A stretch of 64,000 bases of DNA from Diplonema japonicum (GCA_964019335.1 OZ025721.1:372001-436000), one strand, 5' to 3'; shown: positions 35,526 to 46,260, counted from the first letter of the stretch. The notes: a model not told the origin generated them from the sequence alone. A program made the numbers and translations.

Positions 35526-38500
35526 GGCAGGGGAAGCGCAGACCGGGGTCAGAGGAGGCGGAGGACTTCGCGAGACTCACGGTTCAGGGAATACAACCAA
35601 ACCCTGGACCAGCACCCACGTACATGAACATATCGACGGTGAACGTAGCCTCCCTTCGCAACCAACTTGAGGAGGTCACAAAGCTGGACATGGACGTCAT
35701 ATGTACACAGGAGACAGCGCTCACCCTGGCAGGCCAACAAGAAATAGAACGAGAGCTTGGCAAGGTGAAGCAGAAGAAGAAGTGGAAGCCGATGTGGGGG
35801 CCACCGCAGCCGGGGAGGAAGGTCGAGGGCATCGCATCGAACTGGGTAGCACAGAGGGGGGGACTCGCAACACTCATCCGAGAACCCAGGACCGCACTAC
35901 CAGGAACACTGGATACCTCAGACCAACCTGAGGAGCAAAGCCGGAGGTGGCTGCACACGCAGGTCGCGATCGACGGCAAGCGCAAATGGCTGCACATCAT
36001 CTCGGTTTACTGCCCGTCGGGAGCAGGGCGAGAAGAAACGGCAAAGAGGGAGACCCTCCTCCACTACGTCCTGCAGAAGAAGACGAGGGAGCTCGGCAAC
36101 GTACCCATACTCGTTGTCGGCGACCTGAACACTGACGAGGACAGGTCTCCAGAACTGTGCAAGGCGCTGCAGACGGGCTGGACTGATGCAGCGGAGCTAT
36201 GCGCAAAGATGAGAAGGGGCGAGCAACCAGAACCAACGTTTGTACGGGAAAACTGCGCCACACGGATAGACAGGATTCTGGCAAACCCAGAGGCGGTGCC
36301 GGCCATCACGGACTGCAGCGCATACAAGCTAGTCAAAGGAACCGACCACAGAACCCTCACAGTCCGACTACAACTCGATAGGTTCAGTCTGCAGGTACAG
36401 AGGTACATGCTGCCGAAGGGGCTGGAAGCAGCAGAGGAGCCGGCAGAAGGTCAGGGCGCAGAGGCTGTTGAAGCGTGTCATTTCCAGCTGCACTTGCGAG
36501 AGGGCCGAATCACAGAAGCCTTCGAAACACTCTCCCGATGCACAGAAGATCTCCTGATAGGACAACCGGTAGGGACTCCAGGGAGGGCAGCATACGTTGG
36601 AAGGGGCAAACACATAAGCACGAAGAACAAGAATGTGTGTGCACCGACAACAACAGGCTCGATCGGGGCGGCTACAATCATGCAGGCCCGACTGGAGAAG
36701 CTGAGGCTCAAGACCCGTTCATTACGAGAGCAACTGGAACGGGCAATGGACGAGGGGAGCCTGAGCACGACCACTCTGAACACAATAAGGAATGTGAACA
36801 GAGAAGCAGCAGCAGCAGCAGTCCCGACGGAGCCAATACCGCAGGACACCTCGTTCATCGAAGACATGCTGGCAGCAACCCTAGACATGGAGGACGCCGT
36901 GGCAGCGCAAGAACGGAGGAAGAGGACCGAGTCGAACACGACGCGAAGACGGGAATACCTGGCTGAGGTGGCATCGGGAAGAGAAACGGCCAAGCTGGTG
37001 ACAGTAGCAAGAGGAAAACGCCAGAGCGATGGGACCAGGGCAGTCAAGGATGGTAAGTTACTAGTGGCAGACCCTGCGAAGATCGACGCAGTCATGCGCA
37101 AAGCCTGGAAGAGCGTCTTCTCGAAGTACGAAAACAAGCCGGAACCCCCCTTCGCCCCCTTCAAGGCAAAGTATGGCAAGTTTATACAACGGCATGAGAT
37201 GACGAAGACGCAGCTCACGGGAGCGAGGCTGAGAGAGGTACTCGCAAGGAAGAGCAAGAGAAGCGCAGCAGGCATCGACGGGTGGAGGATGCTGGAGCTA
37301 CGCAAACTACCAGAGTCGGTGTTGGACGCCTGGGCTCAGCTCTTCCAAGCGATCGAAGCAACCGGGAGATGGCCAGAGGCCGTGAAGACGGCGCTGGTCA
37401 CACTCGTACCAAAATGCGACGACGCGGGACCGCTGGAGCACAGACCCATCACGGTGACATCAGCGGTGTACAGACTTTGGGCATGCACGCGACTGGCAGA
37501 CATCCTTCTCTGGCAGGAGAAGTGGGTACACGACAAGCAGTACGGATTCCGCACAGGCTTCGGGACAGAGGACGCGCTAATGGACCTCGCCCTGGACATC
37601 GAGGAATCTCTACTCGAAGGGAAACCGCTGGTCGGGGTGGCACTTGACTTTGCGAAGTGTTTCGACAGCGTACCGCAGCAACTAGTGATGGAGCTGGTGG
37701 AGGACATGGGCATGGAGACGGGCATTCTAAGGGCGCTGAAGGGGATGTACGCGGGCATGCGGAGACGTTTCAGGTACGCCACGGGCGTTGGAGAGGAGTT
37801 CCACACGACAAATGGAATCCTACAAGGGTGCCCCATATCTGTGGTACTCATCAACGCGTTACTGGCAGTGCTGATGAAACAGGTGGAGGACGGCACGGGG
37901 GTCCGCTCGCTGTCATACGCTGACGACGCGTACCTTCTGTCACAACTCGCGGCAGCACTGCAGAAGGGGGTGGAGGCGGTGGAGGACTTCTGCAAAATGG
38001 TTGGCATGAAGCTAAACGTAAAGAAAACCAAAACCTTTACGACAGGCGCCAAGGCACCGGAAGTGAAGGTGGACGGTGAAGTGCTGCAGGCAGTGCGGAC
38101 AGTGGAGGTGCTGGGAGCCAAGCTGCGGACGGACGGCCAGCAGCAATACAACAACGACAGGGCCAAGGAAGCGATGAAGACGTTGAGCAGGCTGGGGGCG
38201 ACCCCGCTGTCCTTCCAGCAGAAGGCGCGGATCATCAGCTCCACACTGCTGCCAAGCTGCCTGTACGACGCCCCCTTCTCACCGCCAAGGACGGGGATGA
38301 TGGAACTCCTGGTGATGGAGACGACATACACGCTGTGGGGCCAGAGGTATCGCACGCGGAGCCCCGGCGCAGTACTCTCCGTGACACTACCAGGGCACAC
38401 ACACCACCCGAAGATGACAGCAGCCTACAAAGCACTGATGCTCATGTACAGGGCATGCAGGAAGGACGACCAACTGTGGGCACGCTGCAACGACATCGCA

Positions 38501-39856
38501 AAGCTGTACCGGGAAGGGAAGAAGGCGCTGGGCCTGGTGGGAAACCTGAAGCAGAGGTGGCTACCCATGGTGCAAGCAACCTGGGACCAGCTGAAGGACA
38601 CCATGGCCATGGAGAAGGAGCGGTTCCGACACTACATCAGAGACAAGCTCAGGCGTGGTGAAGCGGAGGCCATCATGGGAAAACGGAGCTCCATGAAAGG
38701 AATGGCGACGGCAGCCGCTGTCGAGACAAACGAGCTATGGGGGAAGCTGGCGTCGTCGGACCCCATCGCAGCAAGGAACCTACGCAGGGTGATCACAGGC
38801 GCGGTTTTCTACATCCACCCACGGGGATGGCGGACGGACGCAGTGGCACACATCCCACCGACGGAGGATGAGGTGGACGAAGAAGATTCCCGAGACGACT
38901 CAGAAGACGAAGAAGAAAGAGAGGCGGGAGGAGAAGGGGAAGTCGCGGAGCTGGAGCGCATGCTGCTGGCGGAGCAGAGGCAGCAGGACGAACCCGCAAC
39001 GGCACGCTGCGACGTATGCGGTCAGATGCAACAGATATCCAACATCCTGGAGCATGCACTGTGGGAGTGCGAACTGGCTGTCGAAGTAGGGCAACGGGAG
39101 GCACATGCAGGCACGACACGAACAGGCCTAGAACCGTGCATGAGGCTCCATGGCATCCTCCCGAGGGAAGCGGCCAAGGAGGACAAGGACAGGCTCGAGA
39201 AGACCCAGCGTTACCTGCTGGCTGTGGTGGGGGAACGCGACGCAGCCTTGCAGGCAAAGAGGCAGCAGATCTACCGGACACACCAATGGCTGGAGATCAC
39301 GGAGGGGGAGGCACACCCAGCACCAACAGAGGAGGAGTTCGCGAGGCTGCAGACCGGCAACACCCTGAAGGAGTACACGAAACCGGTGCTGAAATGGCTC
39401 AAGCAGCTGCGCTGGTATGGAGGGAACAGAAGCACGGCAGTGTCGACGGTGGAGCTGGCGCTGGATTTCGAAAACGTGACCCAGAAATCCCTTGGAGGGA
39501 AGCTAGGGGAGTTGGCAGAGGTGCGACAGAAGGCCAGGAGACTGCACACGGTGATGAAGAAGGTGTGGAACACATGGGAACTAGGGAGACTGCAGAAGAA
39601 GGTGAAAGGAAGGAGGGCCTTCCCTGCTGAACCATGCAAGAGAGTACATACGCTGCGATCAATCGGAGGGACGAAGGCGGCGATCGGGTGGAGTAGAAGA
39701 GCAATCTTTGCATCAACGAAGACCAAGTACGACCTGGAGGAGCTGGGGAAGCAATGGGCAAAGGAAAGAAGGGAAAAAGTAGCCAAGCTGGGGAGGAGGC
39801 CGGCACGACCACCGAAGAAGGAGAAACCGCTGCTGAAGGGGGATAGGTGCAGGTAG
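35501..39856 (+). CDS. LINE ORF2: 2A-like peptide, APE endonuclease, reverse transcriptase, CCHC knuckle
   Basis: GIQPNPGP; APE motifs STVNVASL, ICTQET, VVGDLN, RIDRIL, TDH; RT motifs QYGFR, LDFAKCFD, GILQGCPIS, YADD; CDVC..HALWEC. Start codon uncertain. Confidence 0.92.
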   Translation: MHRKGAELRQGKRRPGSEEAEDFARLTVQGIQPNPGPAPTYMNISTVNVASLRNQLEEVTKLDMDVICTQETALTLAGQQEIERELGKVKQKKKWKPMWGPPQPGRKVEGIASNWVAQRGGLATLIREPRTALPGTLDTSDQPEEQSRRWLHTQVAIDGKRKWLHIISVYCPSGAGREETAKRETLLHYVLQKKTRELGNVPILVVGDLNTDEDRSPELCKALQTGWTDAAELCAKMRRGEQPEPTFVRENCATRIDRILANPEAVPAITDCSAYKLVKGTDHRTLTVRLQLDRFSLQVQRYMLPKGLEAAEEPAEGQGAEAVEACHFQLHLREGRITEAFETLSRCTEDLLIGQPVGTPGRAAYVGRGKHISTKNKNVCAPTTTGSIGAATIMQARLEKLRLKTRSLREQLERAMDEGSLSTTTLNTIRNVNREAAAAAVPTEPIPQDTSFIEDMLAATLDMEDAVAAQERRKRTESNTTRRREYLAEVASGRETAKLVTVARGKRQSDGTRAVKDGKLLVADPAKIDAVMRKAWKSVFSKYENKPEPPFAPFKAKYGKFIQRHEMTKTQLTGARLREVLARKSKRSAAGIDGWRMLELRKLPESVLDAWAQLFQAIEATGRWPEAVKTALVTLVPKCDDAGPLEHRPITVTSAVYRLWACTRLADILLWQEKWVHDKQYGFRTGFGTEDALMDLALDIEESLLEGKPLVGVALDFAKCFDSVPQQLVMELVEDMGMETGILRALKGMYAGMRRRFRYATGVGEEFHTTNGILQGCPISVVLINALLAVLMKQVEDGTGVRSLSYADDAYLLSQLAAALQKGVEAVEDFCKMVGMKLNVKKTKTFTTGAKAPEVKVDGEVLQAVRTVEVLGAKLRTDGQQQYNNDRAKEAMKTLSRLGATPLSFQQKARIISSTLLPSCLYDAPFSPPRTGMMELLVMETTYTLWGQRYRTRSPGAVLSVTLPGHTHHPKMTAAYKALMLMYRACRKDDQLWARCNDIAKLYREGKKALGLVGNLKQRWLPMVQATWDQLKDTMAMEKERFRHYIRDKLRRGEAEAIMGKRSSMKGMATAAAVETNELWGKLASSDPIAARNLRRVITGAVFYIHPRGWRTDAVAHIPPTEDEVDEEDSRDDSEDEEEREAGGEGEVAELERMLLAEQRQQDEPATARCDVCGQMQQISNILEHALWECELAVEVGQREAHAGTTRTGLEPCMRLHGILPREAAKEDKDRLEKTQRYLLAVVGERDAALQAKRQQIYRTHQWLEITEGEAHPAPTEEEFARLQTGNTLKEYTKPVLKWLKQLRWYGGNRSTAVSTVELALDFENVTQKSLGGKLGELAEVRQKARRLHTVMKKVWNTWELGRLQKKVKGRRAFPAEPCKRVHTLRSIGGTKAAIGWSRRAIFASTKTKYDLEELGKQWAKERREKVAKLGRRPARPPKKEKPLLKGDRCR

Positions 39857-40061
39857 AGCATGAGAACAAGGGGGCGTCTCACAAAGACTTCCTTTAACTC
39901 ATATATTTTTTTTTTTTTTTTTTTTTTTATTCTGTCTGCTTTCAAAAAAAGTAGATGGCATTTTTTTTTTTCTCTTTTTAAAGTTGACACGAGCCCCCCC
40001 ATTCTCCCTTTTAAAAAACAAAAAAGAAAACTGGAGGGGAGAAAAAAAAAAAAAAAAAAAG

Positions 40062-42356
40062 ATGGCAAGCCTCCCGATCGTCATCCTAGCAAACGTGTTC
40101 CAGTCATTGGAGGACAAAGACCTCAAAGCGGCGCGTAAGGTTTCGAAAAAATGGGCGAAAACGGTGGAGGACGAAGGGTACTGGGCCATGCGAGTCGAGC
40201 GGGAGCTGGGAGGCGCCACGCCGGTTCAAGGCGTAACAAATAAAGCGTTCCACCAAGGGTTCAAAAAGCTCGGCACCGGCTCCGTGGAATGGTTAGTGTG
40301 GTATGATGACGTTTCTAAAACCTGGATGGCGAATGAGGAACTACTGGGACTGTTCGCAAAAACAACAGCAGACTCATCATTATGCGTTGTGTCTGTGTGC
40401 CCCGCCAGCACAAGAGTGGAATGCCAAAACAACGCCGCAAAATTCCTCAGCACATTAATGCGTACCAAGAACGCATTTGCAAACCCCGACAGCACCACAA
40501 TGTACTCTAAAGGATTGCAAGTTTGGTCGAATCCATCCGTCTTCGCCGATGGTACCCAATCCCTGTTCCTTCTTGCCCAGGGGATCGGGTCTTCAAAGAA
40601 CACGGAAGAGGTCGACGAAATAACTCAACAACTCCAGCTCCTAACATACTGCTTGTCTTCAATGGTGTTCATTCTGGACGATGAGAACATGTCCGGGGTA
40701 AAATGGTGGGACGCGTTGCTCCCGTCTATTTCAACACCTAGAAGTGTGACTCAACCAGCGGTTCCTACAAAGGGAAGCAAGCTCACCGTTGTATCTGCAT
40801 CGGACCTTTCAATTCCCAACCACACAGCGGTGTCCCCCGAGGACCGAGAACGGGTCGGAGCATGGTTGTCGCATTTCGACGAACTGTGTATGTTGAATAC
40901 TGAATGGTCGGACCCCGACTGGTATATTCGTCTCGCGTCGGACTGTCTTCAAACAACCACGCCTCATTGGGGGTGCTGTGCTCCCATCCACCACCCTGGT
41001 CATTTATGGCCTTCTCTTGCCACGACAAAACTGTCGTTACAACAGTTCACAGACATTACAACGTGTGTTGTAGAGCGTATCAACGACCAACCCCATGCGC
41101 TGTTTAATCATCAGTTCAACGACATCATCAGCACGACATTATTCGAAAGACTTGTGAAATGCGTTACGGGATTCTACACAGAGGCGATGCACATTGAACT
41201 TGAATCTGGTCCGCTTCAAGCTGCCGAGCTTGCTCATCACGGTCAAGCCGCGGAAGCGCCTGCTGAAGTCCCCGCTCCTTTATGGAGCACGCAGTTGATC
41301 GAGGCTCACGAACAGCATCTTTTCGCTTCGTGCAGGAAGTTAATCCTCAGGATGGGCGAGGCAGGGATGACCGGCCAAGCCACGTTTAAATTCTTTGAAA
41401 TGCTAAAGAATAAAATATCCGACGAGTTTCGAAAGGTGTGGGGGATCAACCAAGGGAGGAGCAAGGCATTCTGCGAAACCACCTTCGACCTGGTGTTCGA
41501 GGGCATCGAGGCCAAGTACACACTGGTCCCGCTAGAGGTTCCAACAGAAAGCCCGACAACATCAAGCAGCTCGTACGCGTCGGGCACCTCTGGGTTCGAA
41601 TCCAAAAAAGTACGTGAGTTCGAAAAGAACAAAGAGGACGTCAAGCAGTTGAAACGTTTCTACCAGTCCTTCATCGACCACCTCGATGAGTACATGATGA
41701 AGGCCATCGGGACACGGAGGGGGGATGTCATGCTGTGCAAGACTAGAGACCTTTTAGAGAGAGTCGAGGCCCGCAAAGCAGGCAACTTCAACGCCAGGGA
41801 CTTAGAACTCGCCTCAACCGAGATCTGCTCCGAGGTGACGGCCAGGGTTGTCAAGGAAACAGGCGACATGGAAAAAACCAGAAACACCATGCAAAAAACC
41901 TGTGCTCTGTACACAAAACTGCTTGGCATGCAGTGCAGACAACGGGTGTCTGCCATGTGCAAGGAGAAGTGGACGGAAGAGCAGACGAACGCTGTAAACC
42001 GTTACGCTGCTAGAGTGCAGTTGTACTGCGCTGTCATGGGGGAGGAAGCCGCACAGGAGTGCAACAGAGACGAGGTCGAACGAACTGTCGAAGGGATCAT
42101 CGCTGAGTTCGGTGCCGCGGAAAAAACTGCCTCAGATGAGGTCAACCAGTTTATAAGTCGTATGTGGAAAAAAAAAAAAAAAAAAAAAAAAAAATCAGAG
42201 CTCCCAGCCTCCGAGAAGGGTTTCGCGTACAAGTTTGGGATAGTCACCAACCAGCCAAGTTCCGCGGCCTCCCTTGTTTCCAACATTCAGAACAAGGCCA
42301 AGGCGAAGGGTGCCAATTTGCTGTTCAAGGTGAAGAAAAGGTTGGGGAAGGCATGA
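40062..42356 (+). CDS. F-box protein fused to a degenerate guanylate-binding-protein (GBP) fold (probable in-frame intron 42160-42198)
   Basis: F-box LPIVILANVFQSL..L..ARKVSKKW. GBP-like NEELLGLF, LCVVSV, SKGLQVW, LAQGIG, LSSMVF, followed by GBP_C-like helices. Confidence 0.75.
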   Translation: MASLPIVILANVFQSLEDKDLKAARKVSKKWAKTVEDEGYWAMRVERELGGATPVQGVTNKAFHQGFKKLGTGSVEWLVWYDDVSKTWMANEELLGLFAKTTADSSLCVVSVCPASTRVECQNNAAKFLSTLMRTKNAFANPDSTTMYSKGLQVWSNPSVFADGTQSLFLLAQGIGSSKNTEEVDEITQQLQLLTYCLSSMVFILDDENMSGVKWWDALLPSISTPRSVTQPAVPTKGSKLTVVSASDLSIPNHTAVSPEDRERVGAWLSHFDELCMLNTEWSDPDWYIRLASDCLQTTTPHWGCCAPIHHPGHLWPSLATTKLSLQQFTDITTCVVERINDQPHALFNHQFNDIISTTLFERLVKCVTGFYTEAMHIELESGPLQAAELAHHGQAAEAPAEVPAPLWSTQLIEAHEQHLFASCRKLILRMGEAGMTGQATFKFFEMLKNKISDEFRKVWGINQGRSKAFCETTFDLVFEGIEAKYTLVPLEVPTESPTTSSSSYASGTSGFESKKVREFEKNKEDVKQLKRFYQSFIDHLDEYMMKAIGTRRGDVMLCKTRDLLERVEARKAGNFNARDLELASTEICSEVTARVVKETGDMEKTRNTMQKTCALYTKLLGMQCRQRVSAMCKEKWTEEQTNAVNRYAARVQLYCAVMGEEAAQECNRDEVERTVEGIIAEFGAAEKTASDEVNQFISRMWKKKKKKKKKSELPASEKGFAYKFGIVTNQPSSAASLVSNIQNKAKAKGANLLFKVKKRLGKA

Positions 42357-42592
42357 GGGGTAAAAAAAAAAAAAAAAAAAAGAAAAAGAAAAATTTCCTC
42401 CCGTTCGATTTCTAACCCAGGGGCATGTGTTTTTTTTTTGGGGGGAGGGGAGTGGTCCTCAAGTGGGATTTGCCCTTAGACATCGCCTTCTTTTTCCCTC
42501 CACTTCCCCCCTCCCCCTTTTTTTACGTTCAGTTTTCAAAAAAAAAGAAAAGGGGTGATGTGCTTAAAGAGATAAGATGGTGAAATGTGCGT

Positions 42593-42630
<38 letters not shown>

Positions 42631-43173
42631 ATTCTTATTTTTATTTTATTTTAATCACAAAAGTCCTTATTCTATCTTCAACCCTAGTTGTTCCCCCCAC
42701 TCACACACACGCAAAACTGACAAAAAAGAGAAAGGAATTTCTTTTTTTAAAAGAAATGGGTAGAGAGAGATGTTCTGATTGAGAGATACCTGTTGTTGTT
42801 TTCCTTTTTTTTTTTTTTTTCCTTCTTCCCGTTCTCTTTTTTTTTTTTTATTCCCTTCCCATTTTTTTTTTCCACCTTTACATGTGCTTAGATATTATTG
42901 CCCCACCCAAAAGAAAAGAAAAAAAAAAAGAGGGGGAAAAGAAAAAAAAAAAAAAAAAAAAAAACAAAAAAACAAAAAAAACCACTTGTGGAATGAAAAC
43001 CAAAAACAACAACAAAAAAAGCCTTTTTTTCGTACTTTTTTTTTTTTTTTTCTCTTTTCTTTTTTTCTTCCCCGCATCTAACCTTTTTCAATTTTTTTAT
43101 ATTTTTTTTTCTCAAAAAAAAAAAAAAAAAAAAAAAACAGGGGGCTGGGTAGGGGGGGAAGAAAAAAAAGAAA

Positions 43174-44685
43174 ATGCTGTCAGGACAACAAACCCCGGAA
43201 CTGATTATCGATCTATTCGAGTCAGAAGACCTCAATGACACCCCTTTCGAACAGAGTATCAAGGTAGGCTCGTCACGGAAGTTCAGCGGGTCGGGCTGGA
43301 GACGATCTCGCAACTCCAGCGCGGTCCCACAAGAGCTCATGCTGGCCGAGAGGTTGATGGCGAAGAAGGACGACGCAATAGAGATGATGCAGAAGCACGG
43401 GCACCACTACAAGATCAGAATGGACGCGAAGGTTAAACAACTGCAGACAGAGCTCAAACAAGCCCACGAAAAACTAGAAGAAACCGAGAAAAACTTCAAA
43501 ATTGAAGCCGAACGACGTGCGAGAGAGCTCATCGTAACCTACATCCCAGCAGAAAGCGGCACCGAAAAAAGCGGCCCCGAAGCGAGACGTGAGCAAGAAC
43601 TGGCAAAGGAACGCTTCGACGCCCAGCAAAGAGAGTACGAAAGAATCCAAAAGAGAGTAAACATGCTGGAAGGCGGTTATAACATCTTCGAGATTCTCGA
43701 CAATGTCAACAAAGGCCTTAAACAATTCCAAATCGGGATGCGGGTGCTGCGAGACGATCTCAGCAATGTTCGAACCACCGTCTCCTTCGAAAAAGTGCGG
43801 CACACAGTGGACATCAATGTAATGCTCTCCAAAATCGGGTTTCTGGAACAAAGCTTTGTCCACAAATCGGAAGTGGGGTTGTTGGCAGATTCTACTGAAA
43901 AAGTGTTTCAAAGCACAGCGTTGTTCCTTCCATCCGTCCCGGGGTTCATCAAGCTCCCAAACTCGGAAACATTGTCTAAAAAAACAACGCATTCAATAGC
44001 TGCACTGGACGCATTATCGACAGCTCTAACAGCATATGCTGAGGTTTCTCGTTCAGAATCGCTGAACGTTCAGCTAGTCAGAGAAGAGCTAGAGAAGAGC
44101 ATCGAGGAGTACCAACAAGAGCTGAACGACGCCATGCGCGAGCTCGTCTTGCGGAGGACAGAACTGGTGGAGATGCAAAAGAGAGTTGACGATCTGCACG
44201 AGATAAACAACAGGATTTTAGAGGAACTAGCAGAGGAGAGAAACAGGGCCTCGGAGATTGAAAAGGAACTAGCAGACTACAAGGTTTACGATGAGATGGC
44301 AGAAGCCGACAGCGGGACAGTCGAAACCATGCAAGTCCAGTCTAAAATCGCCTGGCACAATGTATGCAACAAATCCCTTAACGTCAATGAAATATCTGAT
44401 CAAATGCACAAAGAGCTTTCTTTAATGCGGTCTGAGTTGGTTAAATACAAGCGGGACAACACCCGTATGCGTGACCTTCTTGTAGCAGAGAAGAACACGC
44501 AGTGTGCCCTTTCTGAAAAAGTGGCCACGTTGACCGCCAAGCTTCGGACGTACAAAGACCGCCTCAAGTCCTTCAAAGAAGCCCTCGACGACAGGGAACG
44601 GCTTCTTGTCGAGGCTCTCAAACAACCGAAGGTTCCCCCGGGACGGAAGCCCCAACACCCAAAGCAAACCCTTCCTTCGTTGTGA
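43174..44685 (+). CDS. Coiled-coil protein of unknown function
   Basis: 503-aa E/K/L/R-rich heptad ORF. Confidence 0.8.
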   Translation: MLSGQQTPELIIDLFESEDLNDTPFEQSIKVGSSRKFSGSGWRRSRNSSAVPQELMLAERLMAKKDDAIEMMQKHGHHYKIRMDAKVKQLQTELKQAHEKLEETEKNFKIEAERRARELIVTYIPAESGTEKSGPEARREQELAKERFDAQQREYERIQKRVNMLEGGYNIFEILDNVNKGLKQFQIGMRVLRDDLSNVRTTVSFEKVRHTVDINVMLSKIGFLEQSFVHKSEVGLLADSTEKVFQSTALFLPSVPGFIKLPNSETLSKKTTHSIAALDALSTALTAYAEVSRSESLNVQLVREELEKSIEEYQQELNDAMRELVLRRTELVEMQKRVDDLHEINNRILEELAEERNRASEIEKELADYKVYDEMAEADSGTVETMQVQSKIAWHNVCNKSLNVNEISDQMHKELSLMRSELVKYKRDNTRMRDLLVAEKNTQCALSEKVATLTAKLRTYKDRLKSFKEALDDRERLLVEALKQPKVPPGRKPQHPKQTLPSL

Positions 44686-44688
44686 TTT

Positions 44689-44720
<32 letters not shown>

Positions 44721-44918
44721 CAAACTTGTCTTTGAATAGACAAAAAAAAGAAAATTCTTATTTTGCACCCTCCCCCCCCCCCCCCCCCCTCCTTTCCAGG
44801 GAAGAAAAAGGGGGATTATCTTGGGACGTTGCGTTATTATTATTATTTTTTTTTTTCCCAATTTTTTTTTTTTTTTTTTTTTTTCCAGTGAGGGGGAAAA
44901 AAAAAAAAAAAAAAAAAA

Positions 44919-46199
44919 ATGCCATTTGAAAGCGGTGAAAATGCGGATCTGAATCAGTACTGGTACAGCAAGAACACAATGGAGGCGTTTGTGAAGGAGA
45001 TACAGGGGTTGACGAAGGTGGGGGCTGCGTTCCTGTCGACACCGAGCTTGTACTTCTCACTTGACAACGAAGACGTCAAGAAGAACAGCAAGGTCTTCGA
45101 GTACGACAGACAGTGGGAGACCGACCCGGGCTTTGTTTTCTACGACTACGACAAGCCTTCTGAGGTCAACATCACTCTTTTCGGACAATTCGACATGGTG
45201 GTCATCGACCCCCCGTTTATCACCGAGGAATGCTGGAAAAAATACGCAGAAACCGCACGGCTTCTACTATGCCCAGGGGGGAAGCTCATTTGCACCACAA
45301 TTGTTGAAAACGAAGGTTTGATGGCCTCGCTTCTCGGGTGCAAACCTGTCAAGTTCCAGCCGTCGATTCCCAACCTTGTTTACCAGTACAACACATACAC
45401 CTCTTACCCGGAAGATGTAAGTGTTTGTTTTAACGAGGTGAACCCTGAAATCGCGGCGTCCGACGCTAACCCCGCAAAGCAAATACAGCGTGACCTTTTA
45501 GAATCTCGGGATCAGTTCATCTCGCAGGCGCAAAACCGTCCTGGTAGGGGTTCTGAACCAGCGATCGACACATCCTTGGCAAACAACACTATATGGTCCA
45601 CAGTCCCTGCCGGTATGACGGAGTACCCAGAGGGCGGCGTACCTGCCGATGTAGCTCCTATTGATTACGGTTCTGAATACAATGAAATGTTGGAAAAAAG
45701 GACGAAGATTGGTGAGTTGAGTAAGGCGCTTGATTCGGCTTGCAAGCCTTTGGACAAATGGTGGCGTTCGGAGCAGGGTCTGGAGAAGGCAAAGGCGACG
45801 AACGACACCGCCAAGGCCGAGAAGATGGAGCGGGATTTACAAGAAGCGAAGGATCTGCACAAGCGGAGCCTTGAGGAGCTTAGGACTTACAAAGTGCTCT
45901 TTCCTGAGGAGTATGGTCAACAAAAAAAAAAAAAAAAAAAAAAAAAAATCACAGAACTGACGGGTCGGTGGGTGGTATTGTCACAGCCGGCATTGCCTTG
46001 TTCGATAGGACCAGTATAACTCAGGACGAGTTCAAGACTATTGCTCCTGATGTGCAAATGAAGATGAAGGTATTGGGAGGGGGGGTAGGGGGGAGAAAGG
46101 GGGGGGGAAAATAATTTTTTTCAGTCGCCCTTGTTCCAGCATCAGAAGACCATGCTTGCAAAATTGAAAGAAATCAAGAAAACGGCTGCTAAGAAGTAA
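44919..46199 (+). CDS. EEF1AKMT1: EEF1A lysine methyltransferase 1 (N6AMT2)-like protein with C-terminal helical extension (introns 45911-45954, 46070-46124)
   Basis: ENADLNQYWYS, LSTPSLY, FEYDRQW, FVFYDY, VIDPPF, FQPSIPNLVYQY. Spliced end TAA 46197-46199. Confidence 0.85.
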
Positions 46200-46214
46200 G
46201 GTGAGTAAACACAC

Positions 46215-46260
<46 letters not shown>

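Larger units (their letters stand above)
33685..39928 (+). mobile_element. Near-full-length non-LTR retrotransposon (LINE, APE type)
   Basis: Homopolymer-free purine-rich block with ORF1 plus APE-RT ORF2, short 3' UTR with a hairpin, then a T run. 5' boundary approximate; no TSD found. Confidence 0.93.

Noticed and set aside
36478-38400. Long antisense ORFs within the LINE and host genes
   Set aside because: Shadow frames of biased-codon sense ORFs with no motifs.
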